64,000 bases of DNA from positions 60,636,001 to 60,700,000 of the forward strand of contig NC_043005.1 in the NCBI RefSeq assembly GCF_006345805.1, given 5' to 3'. Under the pieces are notes generated by a model, which saw only the letters and a program-made list of their open reading frames with translations, made no database searches and was not told the origin of the DNA. The position numbers were made by a program, and so were the translations under genes. This DNA comes from Octopus sinensis (lineage: Eukaryota). This document shows, in pieces, positions 40,836 to 53,357 of the stretch (within the stretch, counting starts at the first letter, position 1; each line of letters begins with the position of its first letter).

Positions 40836-41708
40836 GTAAGCTAGCTACTTACCACACGGCCACTCCTGTGCCTATTGATGTTAGTGTTTGTTAATAATTT
40901 CAAATTCTTTTTTCCTCAGATTATTACGTAATATTTCTCTTTACATTGTGATTCCATTTTCCTTTTCTATATTAATTTCGATGATTTCAGCATTCTTTTA
41001 AATTAGTTTACAAAGCTACATGTGCTCAGATTTTTATTAATTTGCATATGTTTAGTCTGCCTCTTTATATCAATGCGTTCTGAATCAAAATGTATATGGA
41101 GAGGGAAAAAAATCCAACGACTCTCTTTTATGAATTCATCATTTCTTCAATATGACAGCAAGAAACAAGGTTGTATTTGATGAAGTTATACAATATATAT
41201 TATTGACTTCAATATGTTGCTTTATTCTGTTTTTTCATGCGCCTTTGTTTTAGATTTATCCATATATCATTATATCATTGCTTTAATCTTTATGTGTTAC
41301 ATATACTTATGATCTTAAGCCCGATGATTTTTCAGTAAATTGTGTACGAAAGAAATAATTTTTCTGTAATTACTAATTATATATTTTTGTTATTACTGTA
41401 AGAGATCATTTGTGAAAATGACATTTCAGGAGCATTTTTAATGAATTTATTGCTATAATAAGGTAATTTCAGCAGATCACCGTTCATTTTACTCTAATAT
41501 TTTGGTGCACATAAAATCCCCCGTTTCTCTCTTTCTTCGGGGGTGTCATTAAAATAAACTTGGAGTAGTGACAAAAGAGAAATTCCAAAGCGTCAATGTG
41601 TTGAAAAAGCCTAAATTATGATTGGCTTTCTGTCGTAGCTTCGGTAATTTTTCACATGTACGTTCCATATTCATGATGAGATAATCCGAGGAGTAAGCAT
41701 TTAATAAA

Positions 41709-41709
<1 letters not shown>

Positions 41710-41777
<68 letters not shown>

Positions 41778-41819
41778 TTACATATTTGCATATATGCATA
41801 TATATATATATACACATAT

Positions 41820-41850
<31 letters not shown>

Positions 41851-41851
41851 T

Positions 41852-41940
<89 letters not shown>
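41710..41940. repeat. (TA)n, (GATA)n, (GA)n compound microsatellite
   Basis: Directly visible. Confidence 0.95.
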
Positions 41941-41945
<5 letters not shown>

Positions 41946-43151
41946 ATTGTGCAAATGAAATAACACACTAATTTATGAATAGAGATTTATTCTCTGTAGA
42001 AAAATATTCTGCATTAATTCGTAGCTTATGATATCTGGAATCTTTCGAATATTGAACACAAGATTATGAATAGATATATAGAAATAAATCATTCCGGTAT
42101 ATAATGGTAAAAATGAACTAATCAAATCTATTAGCATTGCATGGCGTAAAATTATTACGTGTAAATTTACATCCATTACACTCCAAATATATCGTCTTTT
42201 GCAGCAACGCCAGTATTGCTTCAATACACGTTACAGTCATATATATTAAGAGGCTCCCACGTCGAAAATGGTGTATTTAGAAAGAATTGTTTTTAACGAT
42301 AGTACAAAACTAGGAATAAATGACGGCATGTAGAAATTTCATCCTATCTTTCTGTTTATGTTTTGATCGATATCAAAATGATGAACAATGCTAGCTAGCC
42401 GTGATTGCATTTTGACTCAGGACCTGACGTGACATCAAAATATTTTAAGTCTTTCAGCCAATCAGATTAATGATTCTGCCATGCATCACTCATAAGATGA
42501 GAAGGTGGAGAAGGGGATGGAGGATAAGAAGTATGAGGAGCAGGAGAATTAGAATGTGAAGGAGGCGGAATTGAAGTAGATGAAGAATGAAATGTAGAGG
42601 CGGAATAGAAGAGGTGGGGAAGTAGTTGAAGGAGTGCGTTAGTTACATAAGCAGAAGGGACGAAAGCTGGAGGAGAGATCAATCGACTACAGTGACCTCG
42701 GCATTTAATCAGTACTTTAATTTCATCGACACGCAAGGATGAATGGCAAATTGACCTCGGTGGGTTCTCACGATTTAAACTTGGAATGAGTGATGTGTAA
42801 AGAAACTGTTCGGCCAATCTATTTTTGGTGTTTTTTTTTTATCATTATCTAAAAGTCAACAGATAATGAAATATTACAGGATGGGGCATAAAGTAAATGC
42901 AGCTTTAGGAATCTGAGTAGTATATCGACAGGAATTTCCACCTCAGCGTAAACATATAAGGCGATACAGATGAGATTAATATTGTGCAATAATAGATCAT
43001 ATTCTACCAAAATAACCACGGTTAGTTTAACATGGATATAAAAAGTTCTAAGCATGATAAAATTATGGCAATAAGCAAATTTTAGGCTTGAGATATGGTA
43101 GTGAGTGCAGAGAGAAGTATAAACATTTATATATTTGTATATTCCTTGATC

Positions 43152-43625
43152 GTAGAGGCGCAATGGTCCAATGGTCCAGTGGTAAGGGCAGCGGCCTCGC
43201 GGTCGTAGGATCGCGGTTTCGATTCCCAGACCGGGCATTGTGAGTGTTTATTGAGCGAAAACACCTAAAGCTCCACGAGGCTCCGGCAGGAGGAAGTGAC
43301 ACCTGCTGTACTCTTTCATCACAACTTTCTTTCAATCTTTGTTTCAGTTGTATCTGTAGTTCAAAGGGCCAGCCTTGTCAAACTGTGTCACGCTGAATCT
43401 CCCCGAGAACTACGTTAAGGGTAAGCATGTCTGTGGAGTGCTCTGCCACTTGCACGTTAATAAATGAGCTGCGACGTCACTTTGCCTTTCTCTTGGATAA
43501 CATCAGTGGCGTGGAGAGTGGGGGCTCGTATGCGTGGGTAACTGCTGGTCTTCCATAAACAACCTTGCCCAGAATTGTGCCTCGAAGGGTAACTTTCTAG
43601 GTCACAATTCCTTGATCATGATGGA
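43152..43625 (+). mobile_element. SINE family C with alternative 3' tail
   Basis: GGCGCAATGGTCCAATGGTCCAGTGGTAAGGGCAGCGG...GGTTTCGATTCCC tRNA-like head. Confidence 0.85.
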
Positions 43626-43842
43626 GTAACTTTTTTCCCCTATACAAGCCGAAAAGGTTATAGGAAACAAGGACAAGATAATTATTATAATCACTGATAA
43701 AATAAAAGGGCTTCAAATTTTGTCAAAGTGCTAACACATTTGGAGGGGAGCGGAAATCCATTACATTGGCCCCAGTGAACAACATACACGAAACACCGCT
43801 AAGCATTTTGTCTGGCGTGCTATAGATACTGCAGGCTCACTG

Positions 43843-43893
<51 letters not shown>

Positions 43894-43894
<1 letters not shown>

Positions 43895-45378
43895 CCAATG
43901 AAATAAAAGAATTAGACCAAAGCCAAACTTACAAATACTTAGGAATCCATGAACTAGATAAGACACAACACACACAAATGAAAGAGAAAATAAAAAAAGA
44001 ATATTATAGACGAGTTAGATCAATACTAAACACAGAGCTCAATGCTAAAAACAAGATAATAGGTATCAACACTTTAGCTGTCCCAGTTATAAGTTACAGC
44101 TACAATATCCTTAACTGGACACGAAATGAACTGACCAAAATAGATAGGAAAACAAGAAAAATAATGACAGGATCTAGGATGCATCACCCAAAATCTGACA
44201 TAGAAAGACTATATATACAACGTATAGAAGGTGGTAGAGGCTTTATACAGCTGGAAAACTACTATAAAATAACCACCATAGGACTGCAAAAATATCTACT
44301 TCAGAAGGAAGGAAAACTGATCAAGATAGCGGCAAAACACGAGCAAAACAAAAAACTGTTCTCAGTATTTAAGGAAGCTGACAAATACAAACAAGAAATC
44401 ATACCACCTAATAAACACGAAGAAGAAGAAGAAGATGATGAAGAAACAACAAAAGCTATAAAACAAATGAAATCCAAACTAAAAATAGAACAGCAACGAA
44501 CCATGATAAAACGATGGCAAGAAAAGCCCCTTCATGGTAAATACTGGACTAAACTAAACGCAAAAGAAATAGACAAAGAAAAATCCCAGCAATGGTTGAG
44601 AAGCTCAGGACTCAAAGCAGAAACAGAGGGATTTTTAATTGCAGCACAAGGCCAAAGCCTCCCCACCAGAAATTACCAAAAAGATGTAATGAAAAGAAAT
44701 ATTACAAGTAACTGCAGAATATGTGGAGATGGACAAGAAACAATAAATCATATTATCTCTAGCTGCCCAGTCCTGGCTAAGAAGGAATATATTCACAGAC
44801 ATGACAGAGTTGGAACCTACATACATTGGAAGCTATGCCAACATTATGGAATAACAACAGAAAAAAGATGGTATAGGCACACACCAGAAAAGGTCACAGA
44901 AAACGAGAAAGCAACCATACTCTGGGATATGCCGATACACACAGATAGAGAAATTAAGGCCAACAGACCAGATATAGTTGTCAGAGACCATGAAGAAAAA
45001 AATGCTTTCTAATTGATGTATCAATACCGGCTGATGACAACGTGTCTCTAAAAGAAATGGACAAACTCTCAAAATACAAAGACCTGGAAATAGAGGTAAC
45101 TAGAATGTGGAATCTGAAAACAGAAACAATTCATATCATAGTAGGTGCATTAGGCATGATAAAAAAATATTCAGATAAATACATGACAAAAACACCAGGA
45201 CTTACAAACACATATAACATACAGAAAATTGCACTACTAGGCACTGCACACATCCTACGCAGAACACTTTCCATACAATAACCATCAGAGCATCACAACA
45301 AATCACAGCACATACCCAAGGCACACAGAGCTGCGCTCGGTAGTGAAGTGGAAGCACGCTACAAAAATAAAACTACTG
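43894..45378 (+). mobile_element. 5'-truncated R4/Dong-like LINE (family X) within (TAA)n
   Basis: ORFs 43978-45012 and 45042-45281 (CCHC, RHD, RPDIVV). (TAA)n on both flanks. About 20 substitutions and one indel versus 55806-57295 (counted by eye). Confidence 0.95.
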
Positions 45379-45625
<247 letters not shown>

Positions 45626-46364
45626 ATAATGATATATTCATGTTTCTAGATACCACCATATAGAAAATGTGTAGTTTATATGAGATCACATGTTTAGAGC
45701 CCATAAGAGTATACATAAAATTAAAGTTCCTCTTCCGAAATCTCATAAAATGGAATTTTATAAGACATAAAATAGCTTACGAATTTAAAATCTGTAACCA
45801 TATTGTGTCTCAAATTCTTTTATTATGATATTAAAAATAACAAAAAACTTACAAATATGGCTATGATATATCGTATATAGAATTATAAATTTTTCTTAAT
45901 TATAAACGCCCAAGTTATAAGTTCCAAACGATATATCGTTATGTTACTAAAAACGTATGACAGTAGTGAAAGAATAAAAGAAGACGAAAGTTTAACAGCT
46001 CGTACATGTAAAAATGTCATTTTTCATCAAATTCATAATCATGAGAACAAAAAATGTTCATTCATATATTAAAGCATAATAGCATGCTTTCGAACATTAT
46101 ATTCAATATTTATATGCATAATTTAACAAGTGATTTATCCTTGTAAATTTAGCGTGAATATTATTGGAGTTAGCAGAACATCATTCTTGCTTGTGTCATC
46201 GCAAGTGATGACAATATATTTAATTATGAACAATGCCCTACCACTTCAAACTCAGAAAAGACATCATTGTTAAATTTCTAACAATAAGATTTTGCAAGAA
46301 AGGATTTAATCATTCTTTCTGATATAGGCACACAGCTTGAAATGCTTGTAGGAAAGAGGCCTGG

Positions 46365-46524
46365 TCATTTTCATCGAGCCCAGTGCTCAACATATGCTTT
46401 CTTTATTGATCTTGGAAGGCCGAAAGACAGCATCATCGCGGCGGTATTTGAACGCAAAAGGAAGATGGTTGACGTGCCGTTAAGCACGTTATTTGGCGGG
46501 CTAAAATTCTGCCATCTTGCCACC
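46365..46524 (-). mobile_element. Diverged SINE family B
   Basis: Minus strand GGTGGCAAGATGGCAGAA...GCGTTCAAATACCGCC...GAGCACTGGGCTCGATG. Confidence 0.6.
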
Positions 46525-47233
46525 TTGTATTTTTATTTAATAATCTAAATTATCATTCTGCTTGTTCGTTCACGCCTTACACTTTAGTTTGTTACAGATG
46601 GTAGAGGTGAAGTGAGAATGAAATAAGAGTGGAATGAAAGAGAGGGGGAGCGAGTGAAAGAATTAGAGGCGAGAAGAAAGAAGAAAGAAAGAAGTAGAGA
46701 AGGATGCATAAATATGAATGCATGCATTTAATAAGTATATGCATCTCTATATTAATACACTATGGTAAAATGTGTGGCGTTGTGGTTAGTTGAAGGGAGA
46801 GGGAAGACATAGTAGACTGGGAGAGAGACAGAGAGAAGGAAAGAGAAAGGTGGTCAGCGGTGAGAGCTAGGAGGAAAGGCTTCTTATTATGGTATATTAT
46901 TAAATAGTTAATGGAAGAGGTAGATAGAAAGAGGGAGGAGAAAGAGAATATATAACGTAGGGCAGTTATGGTACAGTTGAAGCAAGTAAAAAGAGAAAGT
47001 GGGGAGAGAGAAGAGGGAGAAAAAGAGGGAGAGAGAGAATGTGTTTATTGAAGGGAAGAGCAAAAAGTGCTAGTTTTTTATACTTTATCTTTCCTTTTCA
47101 TATCACCCATCAGTTAATGTATGCGCTTTATTGAATTAACTATCGTCTCTTCAGCCAAAGCTTACACAATACGGCCAACAACAGACGATGTAAAACTAAC
47201 AAGACAAAGAATAAGGATTTTATTTCAAATCTA

Positions 47234-47660
47234 GGCGCAGCATTGTCGTGTGGTAAGTAGCTTGTTTCCAAACCACATAGTCCAGGGTTCAGTCTAACTG
47301 CGTGGTACTTTGGGCAAGTGTCTTCTACAATATCCCCGGGCCGACCAAAGCCTTGAGAGTGTAATTGGTAGACGAAAACTGAAAGAAACCCGTCGTATAT
47401 ATGTATATACATATTTTTATCTAATTATTGGTATGTCTTTGTGTCTGTATTTGTCAACCCACCATCACTTGACAACCGATGGTGGTGTGTTTATGTCTCC
47501 GTAATTTAGCAGTTCGGCAAATTAGACCGATAGAATAAGTACTAGTCTCGCAAAGAATAAATCTTGGGATCGATTTCTTAGACTGAAACATTTTAAGATA
47601 GTGCTCCAGCATGGCCACAGTCAAATGACTGAAAGAAGTAAAAGAACAAAAGAGTAAAAC
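47234..47660 (+). mobile_element. SINE family A
   Basis: GGCGCAGCATTGTCGTGTGGTAAGTAGC head to CCAGCATGGCCACAGTCAAATGACTGAA tail. Confidence 0.9.
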
Positions 47661-47852
47661 TGTATAAAGATTTGTCAAAACTCAACCAACCTAGTAAAGG
47701 AAAATAATATAGATGACGTCATTGAATTTGTTCCACAGTTAATACTGTCTACTTCACATAAAGTAATAAAATATGACAAGTCAAAAAGTTGAAGACGTAT
47801 GAATATAAAATGTTACAAATGCTTTTTGGGATTGCAGCTGTAATGCTACATA

Positions 47853-48086
47853 TACTCTTACTCTCTCTTTTACTCTTTTACTTGTTTCAGTCATTTTGAC
47901 TGCGGCTATGCTGGAGCACCGCCTTTAGTCTAGCAAATCGATTCCAGGACTTATTCTTTGTAAGCCTACTACTTATTCTATCGGTCTCTTTTGCCGAACC
48001 GCTAAGTTACGGGGGTAGTAAACACTCCAGCATCGGTTGTCAAGCGATGTTGGGGACACACGCACAAACAAACATACACACACACA

Positions 48087-48117
<31 letters not shown>

Positions 48118-48289
48118 GACTTAACTTTCCTCTCACACCGTCTCCGATGAAGGGATATAATTAATAAATAGCCTAGAAACAACTGTAAGACCTTCTATCT
48201 ATAAATGGTCTAATATCTACACAGCCTTGCTTTTTATCTTATTACGCAAAAAAACATATATATATATATGTATATATGTATATATATAA

Positions 48290-48341
<52 letters not shown>

Positions 48342-48503
48342 GACGGGCTTCTTTCAGTTTCCGTCTGCCAAATCCACTCACAAGGCTTTGGTCGGACCGA
48401 GGCTATAGTAGGACACACTTGCCCAAGGTGCCACACAGTGACACTGAACCCGGATCCATGTGGTTGGTAAGCAAGCTACTTACCACACAGCCACACCGGC
48501 GCC
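47853..48503 (-). mobile_element. SINE family A with a 138-bp insertion (48118-48255) in its (TA)n
   Basis: SINE tail 47853-48090, (TA)n, foreign segment, (TA)n, then SINE head ending GGCGCC at 48503. Confidence 0.88.
48140..48191 (+). ncRNA. Second, decayed copy of the hammerhead-like motif
   Basis: GTCT-CCGATGA-A-GGGATAT(AATTAATAA)ATAGCCT-A-GAAAC-AACT-GTA-AGAC; core U4>C and loop III no longer palindromic. Confidence 0.5.
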
Positions 48504-51240
48504 TTTTTCATCATCTCAAGGTTCCAATGTTTCATACACTTATATAATACCATCTTAGAAGCTTTAAGATAACTGTGGAATTTCCATGAGATACTACTGG
48601 TAAACAATGTATGTCACAACGCATGGCACAAACAGAGGAAACTGGTTCGTAAGGATATTTATGCACTTAACCAATTGCATCGCCAAAAAGGTAGCATTAT
48701 TCTGGTAAGTGGGACTACATATTGGTTGCTTAAAAAGAAATTGATTTAAATAATGATAGTATATTTTCAAAAACATATTATTAATAAAGTAGTGAAATTT
48801 ATTCGTGTAATTATCGTTATCATTTTCAATATCCGTACGCTATTGAAAAAAAATTGTGCAATTATAAATGTCTCAAAATTTTATAATAATAATAATTAAA
48901 CTAAGACTGTACTTCTTCCTCGTCCTGCCTAACAAACATAAGCCCTTCGTGCTCTCCCTCACCGTCATTCTTCCCTTATTTTCCACTCCAGTTAGTGAGA
49001 TAAACACCGCATCGTTTTCTGTATTGCAGTTTCTTATTTTTAGTGCCACTTACTGTCACTTGACATCCGGTTATTTCCGCATCACTTATATTTAGCGTGA
49101 TATTATATAAATACGTGTTACTAATTATAATAATAGATTTCTTTCGGTCAGTGATCATAATCATATAAAATCGTTTTCTTCAAGGCTGATAATTTTTATA
49201 TAAATTTTATAAAAATAAAACTTATTGAAAATTTTCGACCGTCATTTTACTGCATAGCGTATATTCCCTGTCCTTCTTACATTCAAACAAGCAAAAACGA
49301 AATTTATGCAGGATCATAAGATAATAATACGTTTAAAAATACTTGCTTTATTCCAAATGCTATATTGACTTATTAGGGCCATCTAAAATGGCTGCAAACT
49401 CATAGCAAATCCTCAGTTCATGACACGTTTTGAATTCTTCAGAACTAAGGAGATTAAACTACTTTTAATATAGCCTTCGAACTTGTGTATTCTGTCGAAA
49501 GATTTTTGACTAGAAAGTGAGGAACTTGCTTACCAGGTTAACTAACCATTCCATATATTAGTTGAAGTCAGATTTCTAAGATGAAATCCAAATAAGTTTG
49601 CAACTGAAAAATATTTTTATATATTTTTAATTAAATTTACCAATCTCTACCTAACTTGCTCTCCTTGTCAGGTAATTATCTAGTTTTTATGACATTCTTA
49701 ACCCAAACAGTGTTCAAATAACTTTACGTTTTTAATGGTAACTATTTATTGATTTGTTACTTATTGATTTTCTTCATTTAATAGGCAAAAAATAGTCATT
49801 AGGAATGACGGGTAATAAAACAGTATTCGCCCCCAATTGTTGACATCGATGTACTTCTCTTCTACAGCAGAGAATTATGACCCAACGACCCATCATATTT
49901 GCTAAACATTTATAATTCTTTCAATTCACAAGCTATCTATGTATTCACTGTTTGGTTTATTAACTATAACTTCCCTATATTTTGCAAGAAGACGAACACG
50001 TAATTTAATCTACGCTGTAATGTGTTTCCTTTTCTATAAAGCAATCTCAATTTCGTTGAATATATGTTCATATTCTACACTATAACTCGATTTATATTAG
50101 ACTTACCAAAGAAAGTTAAACCATTTATGCTGAATGTTTTTATTGATTCCTTCCATGAAAGTATTTTTATGTGAGCCCACATTTTCAAATGAAATAAATT
50201 TATCAACTGATATATTTGGCATCCAACGATATGTTATGGCCACGTACCTTAAAGCAAGCTGTACGGTTCCTTTCAGCTGGAAACACGACGTAGTTTTCAT
50301 TTACATTTCAAGTATTCTATTTCACATATTCTATTAATGTCAAAGGGAAAGCAAATGTGTTACGATATCTAACTTTTAGTTCCCTTAAGGTATTTATAAC
50401 AAATGAAAGAGAAATTTGTATTTGACCATAAATAAATGATTGTAGAAACAGTAGTTCTGGATTAAATTCCCCTGAAGTTGATATATCTACCGTATATCAA
50501 ACACGCCGAGGATATGGAAGCCAAGAATTCAATATTCGAATGTATGTCACCTACAAATATACCAAATAAATACCATATAACATGAATATGTTCTTGCTAT
50601 TGTAATTGATGCCGTAAAGTGGCAGTCTGAACGTAGAAAAATTGTTTCCGAAATTTCAACTGGCTTTTAATGCTGGAACTACAAATCCCAGCGGTGTTAA
50701 CTTTGTCCTCTATTTTCACGGGTTCGATGAATAACGTACAAGTTACACACTACAGTTTACTTAAACAACTAATCACCTTTCCCACAAACTTTTAAATCTT
50801 GAACCTATATTAAAATCAATTAGGGCAGTGAATTGGCTGTTCATTCGGGATTTGGACTAAATGATTTGCAGTATTTGTTCCAGTTGTGTACATTCTCAGT
50901 TCAAATTTTAGCGAAGTCAATTGCAACATTGATCCACAGGACGTAGGTGAAATAAGCATCTAGGCAAGGACGCGGAATCGCTATGATTGACTAAATCTCC
51001 TCCCCATAAACCACCTGACACTGCGTCTAGTTTAGAAACAAATACAAATATTGCTCTTGCATTCGCATGCTCTAAAATGTCACACTTCACAATGTTCCAC
51101 ATAGAATGTACGTTCTTCCAGAATTCTATGTTTATCTCAGTACCAGGCTTGTTGAATAGCATCTACTCACTAAAGTGCTTCAGAAGATTTTTTAGCGTCT
51201 TTTCAATTAGTTTGACCTGACAAAATGCTTTTTTTACACA

Positions 51241-52620
51241 TGTTCACACTATACGCCCACTCTGCTATCCCAGAATAATTAGTAAGACAAGTAAAACCAC
51301 GACGTCACCTTATATATTGCGACTATCATATACCAATCATGCGGGAGGAGTGTGCCCTTATTGCTATTAACCCCACAACATCTGCCATTTTTCTGGGGTA
51401 TTTTTCTCGGGGAGTGTCATTTACTTACTTTTAGTAGCAATACTTTTTATATCAAACCCACCTCCGTTTGGCATCCACTTCCAGGACCTCCGCACATTTT
51501 CTTTTTCTTATGCGTGTGCGCCTCAGTTCAAACACCTATCGTCACGTTGGTACTTGAAAAGTATCATATAATCATTCCATTGGTTCGCCCATTATCTTGA
51601 GTTCGCTCCCAACAATTATTGATTCAGCTGATTAATGTATCTCTTCTATACGCATTTTTTTACTTTTTACCAAGTATAGCATTTTTCCTATGCGTTTGGT
51701 AATCACCTCATATTCTCAACTTTGTTTTCCGTTCTTATATGCCCTCACAAAAAACCTTTTCCCCAATTTTGGAAAATGTTGCTGTATTTCCCCTTGCAAT
51801 TTTTCTTTTCTTGCCAGGTAGCAATTTATCGAAGAATTATTTTACTTTATTCGCAAACATCAGCTCCACTGGTGATATGCCTGCTGGTATATTTGGATTT
51901 GGTGTCACACTGTATACTCTTAAGAATCGTTGTAGAGCTACCTCATCCGTGACATCCTTATTCGACTTTCTTAGGCTTCTCTTGAACGTATCGACAAAGC
52001 TTTCTGCCTGTCTGTTGGATCTGGGATGGTATGGCGCTGTAATTACATGTTATACAGCAAACATTTTACAGAACTTTTTAAATGCAAAAGACAGAAATTG
52101 CGTTCCATTGTCAGACACTATCGCGTCTAGCAACGAAATCACGCAAACAACTCAAGAAAAAAATGTGTCATATTTGAAGAGGTTGATTTTTTACACTTAC
52201 AAATTTCTGGCCATTTAGAGAAATTATCAATTACCACCTAAGTACTATGAACCATTTAAAGTACCAGCGAAATCGATTTGTAGTCTCTACCACGGAACAT
52301 CTACTTTTGGCTAAGGTTCACTTTTTATCGTCGGTAATTTGGCTGTTAGAACACATCCCCTACAGCCTTTAACTATATTTTCGATTTCTCTATGCATTTT
52401 CGTCCAGTACAAGTAGCTAGGCATTAACGTTTTCATCCTCGAAATACCAGGATATCCAACATGAAATTCCCTCAACATTTTTTTTTTTGTAGTGTTTCAG
52501 CTATGACTAATCTCTGTGCATAGACTCCTCGTTACCAGTTTTTTTTTTTTCAAAAAATATTCCTTCTGCTTGTGACTGCGGACAAACTGAAATAGCCCTT
52601 GAGCTTGTTTATTCTTGTCG
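51241..52620 (-). mobile_element. Ty3/gypsy LTR retrotransposon relic (integrase, possible 3' LTR at 51241-51380)
   Basis: LREFHVGYPGISRMK...YW...VKGCRGC (HHCC zinc region), RLQIDFAG, IVSDNGTQF, TAPYHPRSNRQAESFVDTFKR, ISPVELMF. The putative LTR reads TGTTGTGG...TATATAA...GTGAACA. Confidence 0.85.
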
Positions 52621-53095
52621 AAATTCTTAGTGCATGGACAGAAACTCAGTCCAAGCTCCAAGACTGAGATATCGTCGGATGAGAAATTTTAGTTTAGATA
52701 AATTTATGACCGACTTATTCTCTAGTGTGATGGATTTTCTTGGGCAAGTGGTTTTCAGAGTCTTGCTCTCATTAGATTCCTGACTACTCTTTGGCCTTGC
52801 TCGAAATCTTCACTTAAAACACGGAACCTATTGGGTGATAAAATTTGTTTTGTATGCTCATGTGAGAAGTCATAATTTTTAGTCGTCTTTCTTGCAGTAA
52901 TCCACTTCTGGGTGGGTGTTAGAAACTGAGTAACTTACGTGGTTTTTGTAGGCATTTGAAAAACCCTTACTTTCGGGAAAGGAACAAATTTATTGTTTTG
53001 GAGAACAAATCTTAGATGTGCTCGCATTTTTGACTGATCAAATATAAACTTCTCAGGAACGTTTCCAATGACCAGTCCAAATGCATAAGCCAGTG

Positions 53096-53096
<1 letters not shown>

Positions 53097-53184
<88 letters not shown>

Positions 53185-53207
53185 TAATAATGATGATGAT
53201 GATGATG

Positions 53208-53266
<59 letters not shown>
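53097..53266. repeat. (TAA)n microsatellite (with GAT stretch), 5' flank of Dong-like element
   Basis: Directly visible. Confidence 0.97.
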
Positions 53267-53268
<2 letters not shown>

Positions 53269-53357
53269 CGGGGACGTTTAAGAGAGAGAACACCGGGGAC
53301 GTTTAAGAGAGAGAACACCGGGGACGTTTAAGAAGAGAACACCGGGGACGTTTAAGA
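53267..53357 (+). repeat. 3.7 tandem copies of a 25-bp unit ACCGGGGACGTTTAAGAGAGAGAAC
   Basis: Units start at 53267, 53292, 53317 (24 bp) and 53341 (partial). Confidence 0.97.

Noticed and set aside
43152-43235. tRNA-like sequence
   Set aside because: Continues into SINE body, has an internal 8-nt duplication and no proper acceptor stem; a SINE head, not a tRNA gene.
53267-53357. CRISPR-like direct repeats
   Set aside because: Units are directly adjacent with no spacers, eukaryotic context, no cas genes.
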